Part shown: positions 1 through 10,030 of the stretch, in pieces
Layout: each line of letters opens with the position of its first letter
Numbering within the stretch: the stretch's first letter is position 1
Assembly (NCBI GenBank): GCA_964460785.1
Contig: CAYWQB010000001.1
Location: 244,657 to 308,656, forward strand
Direction: 5' to 3'
From: an uncultured bacterium
GTDB taxonomy: Bacteria; Chlamydiota; Chlamydiia; Chlamydiales; CAYWQB01
Length of the DNA: 64,000 nucleotides
Notes under the pieces: model-generated
The model's database searches: none
What the model was told of the DNA's origin: nothing
What the model saw: the letters and a program-made list of their open reading frames with translations, nothing else
Made by a program: the position numbers and the translations under genes

Positions 1-1082
1 AGTGTCCCTACTGTCACTTTTTTACTTTAAAGGACAATCTTCAGCAGCACCAGCAGCTTATTCAATCTTTTCTTAAAGAGCTTAAGCTGCTTGCCCCTCT
101 ACGTAGCAAAAAAAAGTTGATTTCTGTCTATTTTGGGGGCGGGACACCCGCCCTCATCGCACCTCAATTGTTAGAAAAAGTTCTCCTTCAACTCCCGATA
201 ACCAGTGATGTTGAGGTGACGATTGAAGCAAATCCAGAGGAGGTCCATAGCTCTTTGCTACAGGAGCTAAGGCATGTTGGATTCAACCGCCTAAGTTTTG
301 GGGCTCAAGCTTTTCAAACTCCCTTACTCAAGCGTTTAGGCCGTCAACACACCCCCCAACAAATTATCCATGCTGTGCAATGGGCACATCAAGCGGGGTT
401 TTCTCATATCTCTTTAGACTTGATGTATGAACTCCCCAATCAAACCATTGAAGACTGGCAAGAGTCTTTGCAAGAAGCGGCAGCTTTGCCGATTGATCAT
501 ATTTCTCTTTACAATCTTACAATTGAGCCTGGTACACCTTTTGCTAAAAGAGAAAAAAAGCTAATCCCCATTCTCCCCTCTTCTACAGAACGCTTACTCA
601 TGTATGAACTCCCTTCTGCCTACCTTCCAAGCCAGGGGTTTGAGCAGTATGAGCTCTCAGCCTTTCATCGACAAGGAGGCTACTCAAGACATAATATGGG
701 ATACTGGCAAGGGCGCCCCTTCTTAGGAATCGGTCCTTCAGCATTTAGCTACTGGGATGGGAAGCGCTTTCAGCATGCAATGAGTTTAGAAGCTTACTAC
801 CAAGAGCTTTCTGACTCCTCCATTCAGTATGCTTATATAGAAAAGCTCTCTCCTTTAGCTCAGACAGCAGAAAGGCTTGCTATTGGTCTGCGTCCATTTG
901 AAGGGATCTCCCTTGCAGAGCTGGGCGTCCAAGTCCTTCCTCTCCCCTTAGAGCTGGCAATACAAGAACTAATGGCTAAAGGGTGGGTTGTGCAAAAGCA
1001 AAATCGCCTACAGCTAACACCGGAAGGACGCCGCTACTACGACAGTGTAGGGGAAGCCTTGGTTATTCTTGAAGAAGCGTAG
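1..1082 (+). CDS. hemW: Radical SAM HemN-like protein (heme chaperone HemW / oxygen-independent coproporphyrinogen-III oxidase-like), 5' end outside window
   Basis: Frame 3 is open from nt 3 (tgt ccc tac tgt cac = C-P-Y-C-H, the end of a radical-SAM CxxxCxxC motif) into ORF 117..1082. It has a YFGGGTP motif and a HemN_C-like C-terminal region. The inferred total length (~370 aa) fits HemW rather than the longer HemN. Confidence 0.85.
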   Translation, partial: CPYCHFFTLKDNLQQHQQLIQSFLKELKLLAPLRSKKKLISVYFGGGTPALIAPQLLEKVLLQLPITSDVEVTIEANPEEVHSSLLQELRHVGFNRLSFGAQAFQTPLLKRLGRQHTPQQIIHAVQWAHQAGFSHISLDLMYELPNQTIEDWQESLQEAAALPIDHISLYNLTIEPGTPFAKREKKLIPILPSSTERLLMYELPSAYLPSQGFEQYELSAFHRQGGYSRHNMGYWQGRPFLGIGPSAFSYWDGKRFQHAMSLEAYYQELSDSSIQYAYIEKLSPLAQTAERLAIGLRPFEGISLAELGVQVLPLPLELAIQELMAKGWVVQKQNRLQLTPEGRRYYDSVGEALVILEEA

Positions 1083-1980
1083 CTTCTAGCTGATCAATTG
1101 CTTCAAGAGTTGCCTGACAGCTAGTATAGAAGGCTCGTTTTGCTGATGTATGATGCTGACAATTTTTTACTGCTTGCCGCATCCAAAAGAGATCCTGCTT
1201 TGCTTCTTGCTTAACCACACTTCCCTCTTTGACTTTCCCTTTAAGACTCTTTAGGTCATCACAGACAAGGAAGTACTCCTCACATAGTCTAGGAAGCAGT
1301 TTAAACTGCTCAACATTTGCTCGGAAAACCTCGCAAAACTCTGTACTACGCATTGCGATATCATTTAAAAAGCTCGCCTCTCGTAGAAGCTGAGGGAAAT
1401 AACTGGTCTTTTTGCAAGATTTGAGCAACGCAAGACGCTGATCAATCACTTGATACCAAAGATATTCAGCCTCTTCAAACTTTTCAGATGTACGTGCCAT
1501 CCGAATACGCAGATCAAAGGCTTTTTCTTTAGAGGGAGACTCTGAGAGGTTTGCCCACTCATTCTCTATCGAAGTCCAAAGCTTATGAGCATAGAACTGC
1601 TGACGCTCTCCAAGCTCTTGAAGTAAGCTCAGGCGCTCTTTTTGCGCTGTGAGCATCACATCTTCAGCACGGCGCACTTTTTTATCTAGAGAATCAAACT
1701 GCTTAATGATTTCTAGGAAGCTTTGCTGAGCCTCTTGGGAGTCCTCATTCGCAGCAATCGATTGACGAGCCTCTATCACTTCTTGACGTGCTTGCACAAG
1801 AGCTTTTTGAAAGTCTTGAACCTTCTGATCACAGCGCACAAGGGCAGAGGTTGCAATGACCTTCTTCAGGGGCATTTCTGCTAGTTCACTAAGGAACTCG
1901 CATACCTGGTTGCTCCTAGACTCTAGCCGCGAAAAATTTTGCAGGAAGACTTTTTTCCTATCAGAAAGATTTGCCTGCAT
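1063..1980 (-). CDS. Hypothetical alpha-helical/coiled-coil protein
   Basis: A 305-aa ORF that fills the gap between flanking genes. It is helical and rich in charged heptads, with no recognisable motif. Its 3' end overlaps hemW convergently by 20 nt. Confidence 0.55.
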   Translation of the reverse strand: MQANLSDRKKVFLQNFSRLESRSNQVCEFLSELAEMPLKKVIATSALVRCDQKVQDFQKALVQARQEVIEARQSIAANEDSQEAQQSFLEIIKQFDSLDKKVRRAEDVMLTAQKERLSLLQELGERQQFYAHKLWTSIENEWANLSESPSKEKAFDLRIRMARTSEKFEEAEYLWYQVIDQRLALLKSCKKTSYFPQLLREASFLNDIAMRSTEFCEVFRANVEQFKLLPRLCEEYFLVCDDLKSLKGKVKEGSVVKQEAKQDLFWMRQAVKNCQHHTSAKRAFYTSCQATLEAIDQLEATLLQE

Positions 1981-2056
1981 AACCCTACCAAGAAAAAGAT
2001 TTACAAAAGCTTAAGCCCCTTGCTTACACCCCTGAAGCTTTCCACGCAAGGCTTTT

Positions 2057-2776
2057 TTAACGTGCAACGAAAAGAAAAACTGCGGGTCTTTTCTCAAGCA
2101 AGAGAGGTTTTGCCTGCTTCCAGTCAGCCACACGTCGCACATGTATTTCTTGGCTTGGAAGCATAAGGTCCACACAAGCTGCGAGTAAAGTTTCTGGTTG
2201 CAAAGTTTCGATCAGAGAACTCCATGTATAGGCGTTACGATAGGGGGCTTCGATAAAAACCTGCACATTTTGATGCCGTGACTGCTTCTCAAAAGCACGA
2301 ATAGCTTTTGTCCGCTGCTGGGGTTCTCTTGGCAAATAGCCATGAAAGCTAAACCCTCTTCCTGGCAGGCCCGCTTGCATTAATGCTAAAAAGATTGCGG
2401 AAGGTCCTATATGCGTTTGTACCGCAACTCCAACCCTTCGTGCTTGCGCAACCAATAATCCCCCAGGATCAGCAATGCCAGGGAGCCCTGCATCAGAGAC
2501 ATAGCCCCACGCCTCTCCCTGCTCACTCATAGGCTCTAAGTAAAAGGCATAGTCTTTTGGAGAGGTTTTTTGATTCACCACAGCTAAGGGAATCTCATGC
2601 ACTTTCTTTTCTAAGGAAAAGTGGCTTAAAAATAGCCTCCCAGCCTTTTCACTTTCTGCAATCAAGCCGTGAAGTTTAGGAACAATAGTAAAAATAGATG
2701 GTGGAAAGCTCTCTTCTAACGAAGCTTCTTTGCCTAATAGATTGGGTAACAGGTGGAGTGTGCCTTTTTCTTTCAT
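2057..2776 (-). CDS. Tetrapyrrole-methylase-fold SAM-dependent methyltransferase (RsmI/YraL-like)
   Basis: The motif SDAGLPGIADPG matches the RsmI-family SDAG(T/L)PxISDPG signature. The N-terminus LHLLPNLLG resembles the RsmI LYxVxTPIGN motif. Its start overlaps the upstream stop by 4 nt. Confidence 0.75.
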   Translation of the reverse strand: MKEKGTLHLLPNLLGKEASLEESFPPSIFTIVPKLHGLIAESEKAGRLFLSHFSLEKKVHEIPLAVVNQKTSPKDYAFYLEPMSEQGEAWGYVSDAGLPGIADPGGLLVAQARRVGVAVQTHIGPSAIFLALMQAGLPGRGFSFHGYLPREPQQRTKAIRAFEKQSRHQNVQVFIEAPYRNAYTWSSLIETLQPETLLAACVDLMLPSQEIHVRRVADWKQAKPLLLEKRPAVFLFVAR

Positions 2777-4194
2777 CGATCTAGAGTCTCTATGTATGAG
2801 AGGTTTTCCCCCGCTTCATTTAGCAAGTCAAAGTAAGAGCTAAGAACTTGATATATAGAAGTACTAAGCAAGTGATGCACATCACGGTTAGCTTTTACGA
2901 CCTCTAAAAAATCCAGCGTGGTAATAACCTCTTCAATTTTCTGTTGTTCAGCTAACTCTAGATTTAACTCAGATAAGCGCACAGCCTCTTCTGCTATCAG
3001 GTATTGTAAAATTGTTTCTTCTAAGCGAATGAAAGCCTTTTCTACATCTGCGGAAACCTTATTCAGCAGAAGCTGCTGCCCAGCCAACTGAGAATCAAAA
3101 AGATAGCGCGCCTTTTTTACACTATTTTCCCTTGCAAAGCTATCAAAAAGAGACCAATTCAACCGAATCGTACTCTCCCAGCGATACTTCAAAGAACCAA
3201 AACTCGTTCCAGATCCTTCAGGGCCAACATAGTTCACCTCAGCTGAAATATCAGGTACATACTTCCCTATTTGCTCACGATAGCCCGCCTTTGCAGCCTT
3301 CACTTGCTGCTCTTGAGCTTTGAGAGAGGGGTTGTTTTCGATCGCTCGTGCTAGCCATGAAGAGCGCACCTGAGCTCCTAGTACCCCACCTTCGAAAAGC
3401 TCCTGTAAAGCATCAAGATCCATCCCCACAAGATGATGGGCTGTAATACCTCTTGCCTCTAGGCTTGAAGAAAAAAGAGAGACAAACTCCTGCAGGTCAT
3501 GAAAGGCCTCAAAACCCAAGTCTTCATTTTGCAATGCCCATTTGTCAATATGGGTAGAATCAAATCCCATCAGTTGGTTAAGACCTAACTTCGCATCATG
3601 AAGCTCTCTTAAAGCAGAATAATAGCTTGCAAGCGCCTGGGCAAGGGCGACTTCACTTTGCAACTTTTGAAAGTCCGTAGCATATCCTTGTTCAGCCTTC
3701 AGGCGTTCATTTTTTACATCAGACTGTAAGAGAGAAACCTCTGCCTCTTGGATTTGCAAGTTGCGTGCTGCTAGAGCAACCGCAAAGTAAGCTTTACGCA
3801 CATCTGTTAACAGTTGACTCCCAACCTGCAAAAAGTCAAATGCACTTGCTTGAAACTTTGCGGCACTCGACCGATAACGAAACCAAGTATTTGTCGAGAG
3901 TAACTGTTGGCTCAACTGAAAACGACTACTATAAAAGCGTGTTCCTGAGAAATAAGGCGAAGGTTTACTTGCTTGCCGCCTTGACGCGCTATAACTAATC
4001 TGGGGTAAATAAGCGGCAAAATCCACCCGTTTTGTTGCTAACTGTGCCTGTGCAGAGAGTCGTGCTTGCTGATACGCTTGGTTTTGCTGAAAAGCGATCT
4101 TTTCTACATCATAAAGAGATAGGGGCTCACTCGCACCCAAAGACAAACCTAAGCTCCATGCAGAAAGCAGGCAAAGAGCAAGCTTAAACTTCAT
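2773..4194 (-). CDS. TolC-like outer membrane efflux protein (OEP family)
   Basis: Signal peptide MKFKLALCLLSAWSLGLSLGA. The N-terminal LSLYDVEKIAFQQNQAYQQA pattern and the two-repeat helical architecture are typical of the OEP/TolC family. Its start overlaps the stop of the upstream NSS gene by 11 nt. Confidence 0.75.
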   Translation of the reverse strand: MKFKLALCLLSAWSLGLSLGASEPLSLYDVEKIAFQQNQAYQQARLSAQAQLATKRVDFAAYLPQISYSASRRQASKPSPYFSGTRFYSSRFQLSQQLLSTNTWFRYRSSAAKFQASAFDFLQVGSQLLTDVRKAYFAVALAARNLQIQEAEVSLLQSDVKNERLKAEQGYATDFQKLQSEVALAQALASYYSALRELHDAKLGLNQLMGFDSTHIDKWALQNEDLGFEAFHDLQEFVSLFSSSLEARGITAHHLVGMDLDALQELFEGGVLGAQVRSSWLARAIENNPSLKAQEQQVKAAKAGYREQIGKYVPDISAEVNYVGPEGSGTSFGSLKYRWESTIRLNWSLFDSFARENSVKKARYLFDSQLAGQQLLLNKVSADVEKAFIRLEETILQYLIAEEAVRLSELNLELAEQQKIEEVITTLDFLEVVKANRDVHHLLSTSIYQVLSSYFDLLNEAGENLSYIETLDR

Positions 4195-5671
4195 ATTTCC
4201 TCATCGTCATCGGTTGAACAAATAGTGTAATTATACCTGCTAAAAGCAATACTACAAAAAACCAGCCCCAGCGAATGGCTTCTGCTAAGTGAAAGCCCGT
4301 ACGAATTTCCGCTGCTAAAGCGCCACCAAGCCCCATCAATAACAAAGTCAGTGTCACGCTACGTAAAATCATATATGCATACTTCGAGCGCATAGAAGAC
4401 TGCCAAATAGGGTGATGCTTAATCTCTTTAGATAAGTAAAGAAACACTACGATTTCAACGATGCCTCCAATCAGCACTGCATCCCCCATCAACATCGGCT
4501 CGATCACTTGCATAAGGTAAAGGCCATTTCCCATACAAAGAGGAATGGCAAGCAAAGAGCAACCAATGAGGACAAGCATGAGTGCTCTGTGGCGCGAAAT
4601 GGGAAACTCTTCCACCACGTTGCCAATCACAGCTTCTAAGATAGCAAAAAGCCCGGTAGTACCGGCAATAAACAAGCAAAAGAAAAAGAGGAACCCTATA
4701 AATTGAGAGAGCCCCCCTCCAAGGGTAAGCATAATTTTTGGGAATACGACGAAACCAAGCTCATAAACCGATTCTAAATGAATCAGTTCTCCAATCTGCA
4801 TCCCATTCACATCAGCAATGAACCCTAAGCAGCCAAAAATCGCAATGCTTGCCAAGACAGACACAAAAAAGTCTCCAAAGGCAACAGCAAACATTGCACG
4901 AGGCAAGTTGGTTTCATTTGTTGTATATCTAGAAAGTCCTGTGACAATGCCCAACCCAAGAGAAAGGCTAAAAAAGGACTGCCCTATCACATCTCGCCAT
5001 AAAAATGGGCTGGCCAAGCGACTCATATCTACTTGAAAAAGATGCACGACTCCTTCAATAGACCCGGGCAAGACAAAAATCAACAGAACAAAGAGAACCA
5101 GTAGAGTAAATAGGAGAGGTAGAAAGAATGAGCAAAAGCTTTCAAGTCCACGCCGGATATTTTTATGTAGCACCCACCAAGTCAGCAAAACAACAATCGC
5201 AGATGCAATGCCTACCTTATAAGAAAAGCCTCCAAGTTCTGTGAGCTGGCCTGAAACAGATAAAAATTCATCTTTAAAAAAGAGGTCGGTTGCTTCTCGC
5301 ATATTCCCCAGGGCAGAAAATAAAGCATAAGCCCCTGAATAACCGGAAATTACAATATATATAGCCCCAATCGTAAAGCAGGTCAATACGGAGAACCAGC
5401 CAAAAAAGCGCCATTTTTTCCCTTGAGCCAGAGCAAAGCAAGTTGTAATAGGCTTACGATAGGTCTTCCCTAAGAAGCTTTCTAAAAATAAAAGGGGTAG
5501 AGCCATCAACAGCAAAACGAGCAGGTAGGGCAACATAAATGCCCCTCCCCCATTTCGGTAACAATGCCCACTGAAGGTCAATATGTTACCAAAGCCAATC
5601 GCCGAGCCAAGCATCACATAAATGTAACCAGACTCTTTATTCCATGTAGGACCTTGCGCTTGTCTTAGCAT
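4184..5671 (-). CDS. Sodium-dependent transporter, neurotransmitter:sodium symporter (NSS/SNF) family, paralog 1
   Basis: The motif GFGNILTFSGHCYRNGGGAFMLPY matches the NSS TM1 signature (GxGNxWRFPxxxxxNGGGAFLIPY). The protein is polytopic and hydrophobic at 495 aa, with an ATG start. Confidence 0.85.
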   Translation of the reverse strand: MLRQAQGPTWNKESGYIYVMLGSAIGFGNILTFSGHCYRNGGGAFMLPYLLVLLLMALPLLFLESFLGKTYRKPITTCFALAQGKKWRFFGWFSVLTCFTIGAIYIVISGYSGAYALFSALGNMREATDLFFKDEFLSVSGQLTELGGFSYKVGIASAIVVLLTWWVLHKNIRRGLESFCSFFLPLLFTLLVLFVLLIFVLPGSIEGVVHLFQVDMSRLASPFLWRDVIGQSFFSLSLGLGIVTGLSRYTTNETNLPRAMFAVAFGDFFVSVLASIAIFGCLGFIADVNGMQIGELIHLESVYELGFVVFPKIMLTLGGGLSQFIGFLFFFCLFIAGTTGLFAILEAVIGNVVEEFPISRHRALMLVLIGCSLLAIPLCMGNGLYLMQVIEPMLMGDAVLIGGIVEIVVFLYLSKEIKHHPIWQSSMRSKYAYMILRSVTLTLLLMGLGGALAAEIRTGFHLAEAIRWGWFFVVLLLAGIITLFVQPMTMRKYEV

Positions 5672-5876
5672 TCCAGTGACTCATCTTAGGATACCTCACG
5701 GTATGCCATAATATGAACATTCTGAGAAAGAAAAAGTCTTCTCTTAAGCAGCAAGAATTATGCCAATAAAGAAATAAAACAAACCAATAGTACAAATACT
5801 AAAGTGCATAGATTTATATAATAAATTATTTTAAAATAAAACTAGGATTAGTTTTGTATTATAATAGGTTATTCTT
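5672..5876. promoter_or_regulatory. AT-rich divergent intergenic region between NSS paralog 1 and giant ORF 1 (probable divergent promoters)
   Basis: A 205-nt, very AT-rich spacer between divergently oriented genes. A TATAAT hexamer lies at 5860-5865, only 11 nt before the ATG at 5877. No clear SD precedes 5877. No transcription start can be assigned from sequence alone. Confidence 0.3.
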
Positions 5877-8800
5877 ATGGCTACAGGCATTGGTGGTGAC
5901 AGTGGCAACTTAAGAGGAGACTCTACTAGTAGAGGAGAGCCTGAGGAATTTGATAGAGAAGAAGCAGCACAAAGAGATGAAAGCGCAGGTCAATCATCTG
6001 GCTGGGGGTTTTCCTTAAGTGGAGCTTGGAGAAGCGTATTCGGAGGAGGTCAGTCTGCTCCAGTCGCTCCTTCTACCCCTTCCACAACACGACACTTAAG
6101 TCTTACTGAACAGGTCTTATCAAGAGGCTCTGGAACACTCGAATCTATGCTGCATCGCCCGAAGGTTGATGGGGGAAGTCTCTCACTATATGACATGGAC
6201 CAAACAGATATCTTACGTGTCCGTAAGGCGGCAAAAAAAGACATCTCTAGCATTGAAGAAAGGCTCACAACAAGTGGCTTGTTTGATGAGTCCCTTATTG
6301 CTAGCACCCCGGAAGCCACGAGGCGAAGCATCCAAGAGACCGTGATCGAGCAGATTAACGAAAAGATGGGCTTTGTGTGTGTTGATGAGGATGGGAAAGG
6401 GAAAAGGCTCCCTCCCCTTGCTAAAGAAGCAATTGAAAAGCTTGTTGTCCACCGTGTTAAGCAAGAAGAGATTGAGTTTCAACTCCGCAATAGCAATATC
6501 CACCTTTTAAGAGTCTTAGAAGGATTCCCTGGGGGGCGCAGTCAGTTAGACAACCTCAGCCAAAGGCTTTATGAACTTGCCTGCATTGAAAATATCCATA
6601 GTGCATATAGCAATCATTTTTCTGACTATGCGCGCACGCAAAGTGATGAAAACTTAGCAATTTCTAGAGTAGCCTCTGAATATAATGCTTCATTTATGGA
6701 TAGAGCCAGTGTAACTAAGGCTCAAGCTCTTCTACAAGAAATGACAGATCGAACTGTTGAGGTTCATGAAACCATTGTTCGAGGGAGAGCAGATGAAATA
6801 GCTTCTTTAGCCAGCTTGCGCTGTGTGCGCTCGCAACAAAGAGTGAAAGAAGATCTCTTTAAAAACTTCTATATTGACTCAGAAACAGGCAAAACGTGGG
6901 AAGAGATCTCTGCAGAAACAGGATCTACAGTGATCACACCAGATACCCTAGACCGATGGATAGCTAAAATCCAAAAAAGCTACTCCGATGGGTTTGACCG
7001 TACGCTCTCCCCTATGGAAAGGCATGAAGCTGCCTGCCACCTCCTGTTTACCCAACTCGATGACTTGCGTGTTTATTTAGAAAGTGCTCGTAGCAAATTC
7101 ACTATTCTTGATGATAGAAAAACGGTAATTGTTGGCTTAGGGATGAAACTAGCCAATAACAATGGAGACCATATACATGTCAGTGCATCTGGAGAGGTGA
7201 CCATCAGAACAGAAGATGGGACTCTTGTTCTTGGCAAAGGTGAAGAGAAGTCCTTGGATGGGGGAAACTGCACAGTATCCTTAGGCTCAGAAGAAGGGTC
7301 TCTTCCAGTTGTTCGATATCATGGAGATGAGCGTTTTGAAGGAATGGGAGAGGTTCCTACGGTTACCAGTACATGGGAAGGGCCTGTCTTAAACATAGAA
7401 ACAGCAGGATCCTTCTGGACTGCGGCAACCACCTCTCGCGAGACAGACCTACCAGAAGAGCTAAAAGATGTTGTAGACCCAAAGTTAATCGAAACCTTCA
7501 TTCTACCGAAAATTCGACATAACATTCAGAACTTTCAGCTTAGGCTTGAAGAGGTTTCCTCAGCAAAATTTACAACCCCTGCCGAGCTTTTTACTCTAGA
7601 AAGAGAGGTGAGGATTGAACAAGCACGAGCGACTGGAGAAGAAAGAGAACGGGAAGATAGGAAACTTGATGCATTTGTCGCTGACCATTTCCACATACTC
7701 GATTACTTAGAGGTAGGAGTCGATGAGGATGCGCTAGAGGATGCCATGCGAGAGTCTCAGTATGCAATTGCACACCAATCAAAAATTCGTTTCGGCGCTA
7801 CAACCTCCTCATCATTGCGAGGACTTTCAGATGTTTTGGATAATGCCAAGAGCATTTTTTGGAAAAGAACAACCAATGAAGACCACATACAGAATCTAAA
7901 TGACCAGGTAGGCGACCTCAGAGATAAAATTACTGCTATGGAGCGCCTACCTGAAGGTGAGCGGTCAGAAAGTGAATTGCAAAACTTAAAACTTGCTATT
8001 CTGGAGGTAAAGAAAACAAGGCTTTGGTACGAAAAGGAAGAGCTTATTGCTGTGATGCAAAAGGTGATTCAAAACTTAACAGCATGCAACTCTTCGACAG
8101 AAGCTGCACAACCTAAAGATGTGGCCAGGCATAAAGCCTCTCTAGAAGAGGCCTATGGCAAGTGTGCTGCAAAGCTTCGTGAGCTAGAAAAAGAACTCGA
8201 GGATAACTTATCTGAAAGTAAGGATCTCCGCTCTGCTTCCTTTTCAGCAATCCCTGGATCGAGCTTAATGAGCTTACTAATGGACAGCGGGCAGGCAGCC
8301 ATTCTCCATTTAAAAGAGTACTGGCACCAACAACCTTCAATAGAAGAGATGAACCGTCGGCGTGCTCTTGCTGATATTGGTTACAATATGGTTGACGGGC
8401 TCAACCTCATCAAATCCGATATCTGTAAAGCGTTAAAAAAAACCGCAGGGGGAGAAGTTACTCTTCAGGGCTTTACTCGCGAGCTAGCGAGAGAGGCTAC
8501 AGCGGTTTTAAAGTTTATGCAAGATAACCCTGAAATGGGATCCACACTTGTTGCAGACCTCGACCAAATTGCGAATCTTGTAAAAGGAGATAGAGATGCG
8601 GCTCTCTACTTAAAGCGCATCCGCACGCAAGTCCTTTCGCATGCATTTTTACGAGGCGTTCCTGGAGATGAAGAAAGGCCTATGGCCGACCCAGAGACAA
8701 TCAAGCGCATGCAGGCTATCTGTGATGCTGTTCGTATTCTTGTCCCTTTAACTGGAGCTGCCTCTGAAGCATTTTCTCCAGAACAACGCAGCAGTGTCGT

Positions 8801-10019
8801 CCGAAGCCTTGTAGAGAAAGTCCCCTATGTGGGAGGTGTTGCCTCAAGACTTGTTGGCGCTGCATGGGGCGCACTATCCAGTGACTTTATTCGGTACTCT
8901 GTCAATAATATTAAACCTGAAACAAGAGAGGGTCTCTACACGCTAGCTGAGGCTTATACGAATGGGGCAAAGGGAGTCATTCAGGCACAAGCAAACCTTG
9001 ATATTGCTACAAGTGCAGGTGAACTAACTAAAGCTCTTACAGATGAGGGCAACTTTTTTACAAGCTTTGCGCGCAGAGCTGGGCGTGCACTAAGACATGT
9101 GTTCATTGACCGTTTAGGGGCACTCGTTCGCGTCTTAAGAGAAGATAGCTCTACAGCAAATAGGCTTTGTGCATTCGTATCGATTGCAGCTCCAGTGGTT
9201 ACTGGAGGTTTAGCTCTTGCTGGTGCATTGGGAGTTTCCGTGCTCTCTGGAGGAATATTTCCAGCTATATTTTTTGGAGCCTGTGCTTTTGCAGCTCTTT
9301 TCTCTAACTATGCTCGAAGCAAAAAGTGCGTTGAAAAGTTTTTTGAGGAAAGAGTTCAATCCGTTAAGCAAGAGACGCAGAAAGAAATTGCAAGTAGCGC
9401 AAATACTAAATTCAAGAAGCTGAAAGACGATATCCACCAACGAGCAGATCTTCTTGTTCGAGAGGAGCATCGACATGGCATCCTGGATAAAGATCTCCAA
9501 ATATACCTAGCAAAGCATGAAGAAGACCATGGAGATCTTTATCAAGAAGCAGCCTTAAAGGCTTATGCTGAAGGAAATAAAGGAGATATCCCCTTTGCAG
9601 AGTTTGTTGATTTACAGTTAAGTGAAAGACAGGTGCAATATTTATCTTCAAGAGAGCGCGAGCAGATAGAAAAAGAGTGTCATAAAGAATACTTTCAACG
9701 AAAAATTTGCAAAGAGTTCTTTGATGCAAAGATAAAAGAAAGAGAAGAAAAACTTCTTTCTGAAGCTGCAGAAGCATTTGCTAGAGAAGAGATGGGGCTT
9801 CAATCGATCAAGCAGCTTCAGGAAAAAAATACAGGTCGAAGCGAAACAGCAAAAATTGCACTGGAGCAATCTCTACGTAGAAAAGCCTCTTTACCTAAAG
9901 AAGATGGTGGCATCGAACTCCAAGAAAGTGAAATTAACGATATCCTAGAGGAAATGGAGGGAACTCCTGACCTGCACCAACCTCGATTTCGCTTTCATAC
10001 ATCCGCTCCTGCGGCTTAG
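5877..10019 (+). CDS. Giant hypothetical protein (1380 aa) with distal bilobed hydrophobic domain; putative Inc-like/secreted membrane protein, paralog A
   Basis: An uninterrupted 4.1-kb ORF that is colinear in sequence with the next ORF. It has no signal peptide. A ~50-aa uncharged G/A-rich block lies at aa 1097-1146 (nt 9165-9314: LCAFVSIAAPVVTGGLALAGALGVSVLSGGIFPAIFFGACAFAALFSNYA). The C-terminal ~240 aa are K/E-rich. Confidence 0.8.
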   Translation: MATGIGGDSGNLRGDSTSRGEPEEFDREEAAQRDESAGQSSGWGFSLSGAWRSVFGGGQSAPVAPSTPSTTRHLSLTEQVLSRGSGTLESMLHRPKVDGGSLSLYDMDQTDILRVRKAAKKDISSIEERLTTSGLFDESLIASTPEATRRSIQETVIEQINEKMGFVCVDEDGKGKRLPPLAKEAIEKLVVHRVKQEEIEFQLRNSNIHLLRVLEGFPGGRSQLDNLSQRLYELACIENIHSAYSNHFSDYARTQSDENLAISRVASEYNASFMDRASVTKAQALLQEMTDRTVEVHETIVRGRADEIASLASLRCVRSQQRVKEDLFKNFYIDSETGKTWEEISAETGSTVITPDTLDRWIAKIQKSYSDGFDRTLSPMERHEAACHLLFTQLDDLRVYLESARSKFTILDDRKTVIVGLGMKLANNNGDHIHVSASGEVTIRTEDGTLVLGKGEEKSLDGGNCTVSLGSEEGSLPVVRYHGDERFEGMGEVPTVTSTWEGPVLNIETAGSFWTAATTSRETDLPEELKDVVDPKLIETFILPKIRHNIQNFQLRLEEVSSAKFTTPAELFTLEREVRIEQARATGEEREREDRKLDAFVADHFHILDYLEVGVDEDALEDAMRESQYAIAHQSKIRFGATTSSSLRGLSDVLDNAKSIFWKRTTNEDHIQNLNDQVGDLRDKITAMERLPEGERSESELQNLKLAILEVKKTRLWYEKEELIAVMQKVIQNLTACNSSTEAAQPKDVARHKASLEEAYGKCAAKLRELEKELEDNLSESKDLRSASFSAIPGSSLMSLLMDSGQAAILHLKEYWHQQPSIEEMNRRRALADIGYNMVDGLNLIKSDICKALKKTAGGEVTLQGFTRELAREATAVLKFMQDNPEMGSTLVADLDQIANLVKGDRDAALYLKRIRTQVLSHAFLRGVPGDEERPMADPETIKRMQAICDAVRILVPLTGAASEAFSPEQRSSVVRSLVEKVPYVGGVASRLVGAAWGALSSDFIRYSVNNIKPETREGLYTLAEAYTNGAKGVIQAQANLDIATSAGELTKALTDEGNFFTSFARRAGRALRHVFIDRLGALVRVLREDSSTANRLCAFVSIAAPVVTGGLALAGALGVSVLSGGIFPAIFFGACAFAALFSNYARSKKCVEKFFEERVQSVKQETQKEIASSANTKFKKLKDDIHQRADLLVREEHRHGILDKDLQIYLAKHEEDHGDLYQEAALKAYAEGNKGDIPFAEFVDLQLSERQVQYLSSREREQIEKECHKEYFQRKICKEFFDAKIKEREEKLLSEAAEAFAREEMGLQSIKQLQEKNTGRSETAKIALEQSLRRKASLPKEDGGIELQESEINDILEEMEGTPDLHQPRFRFHTSAPAA

Positions 10020-10030
10020 GAGACACTCTT

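Noticed and set aside
2008-2056. A possible hairpin (CCTTGC ... GCAAGG followed by a T-run) between the methyltransferase gene and the 305-aa ORF.
   Set aside because: The stem is only 6-7 bp and the loop is ~22 nt. The T-run is on the plus strand, where no gene ends. This is not convincing.
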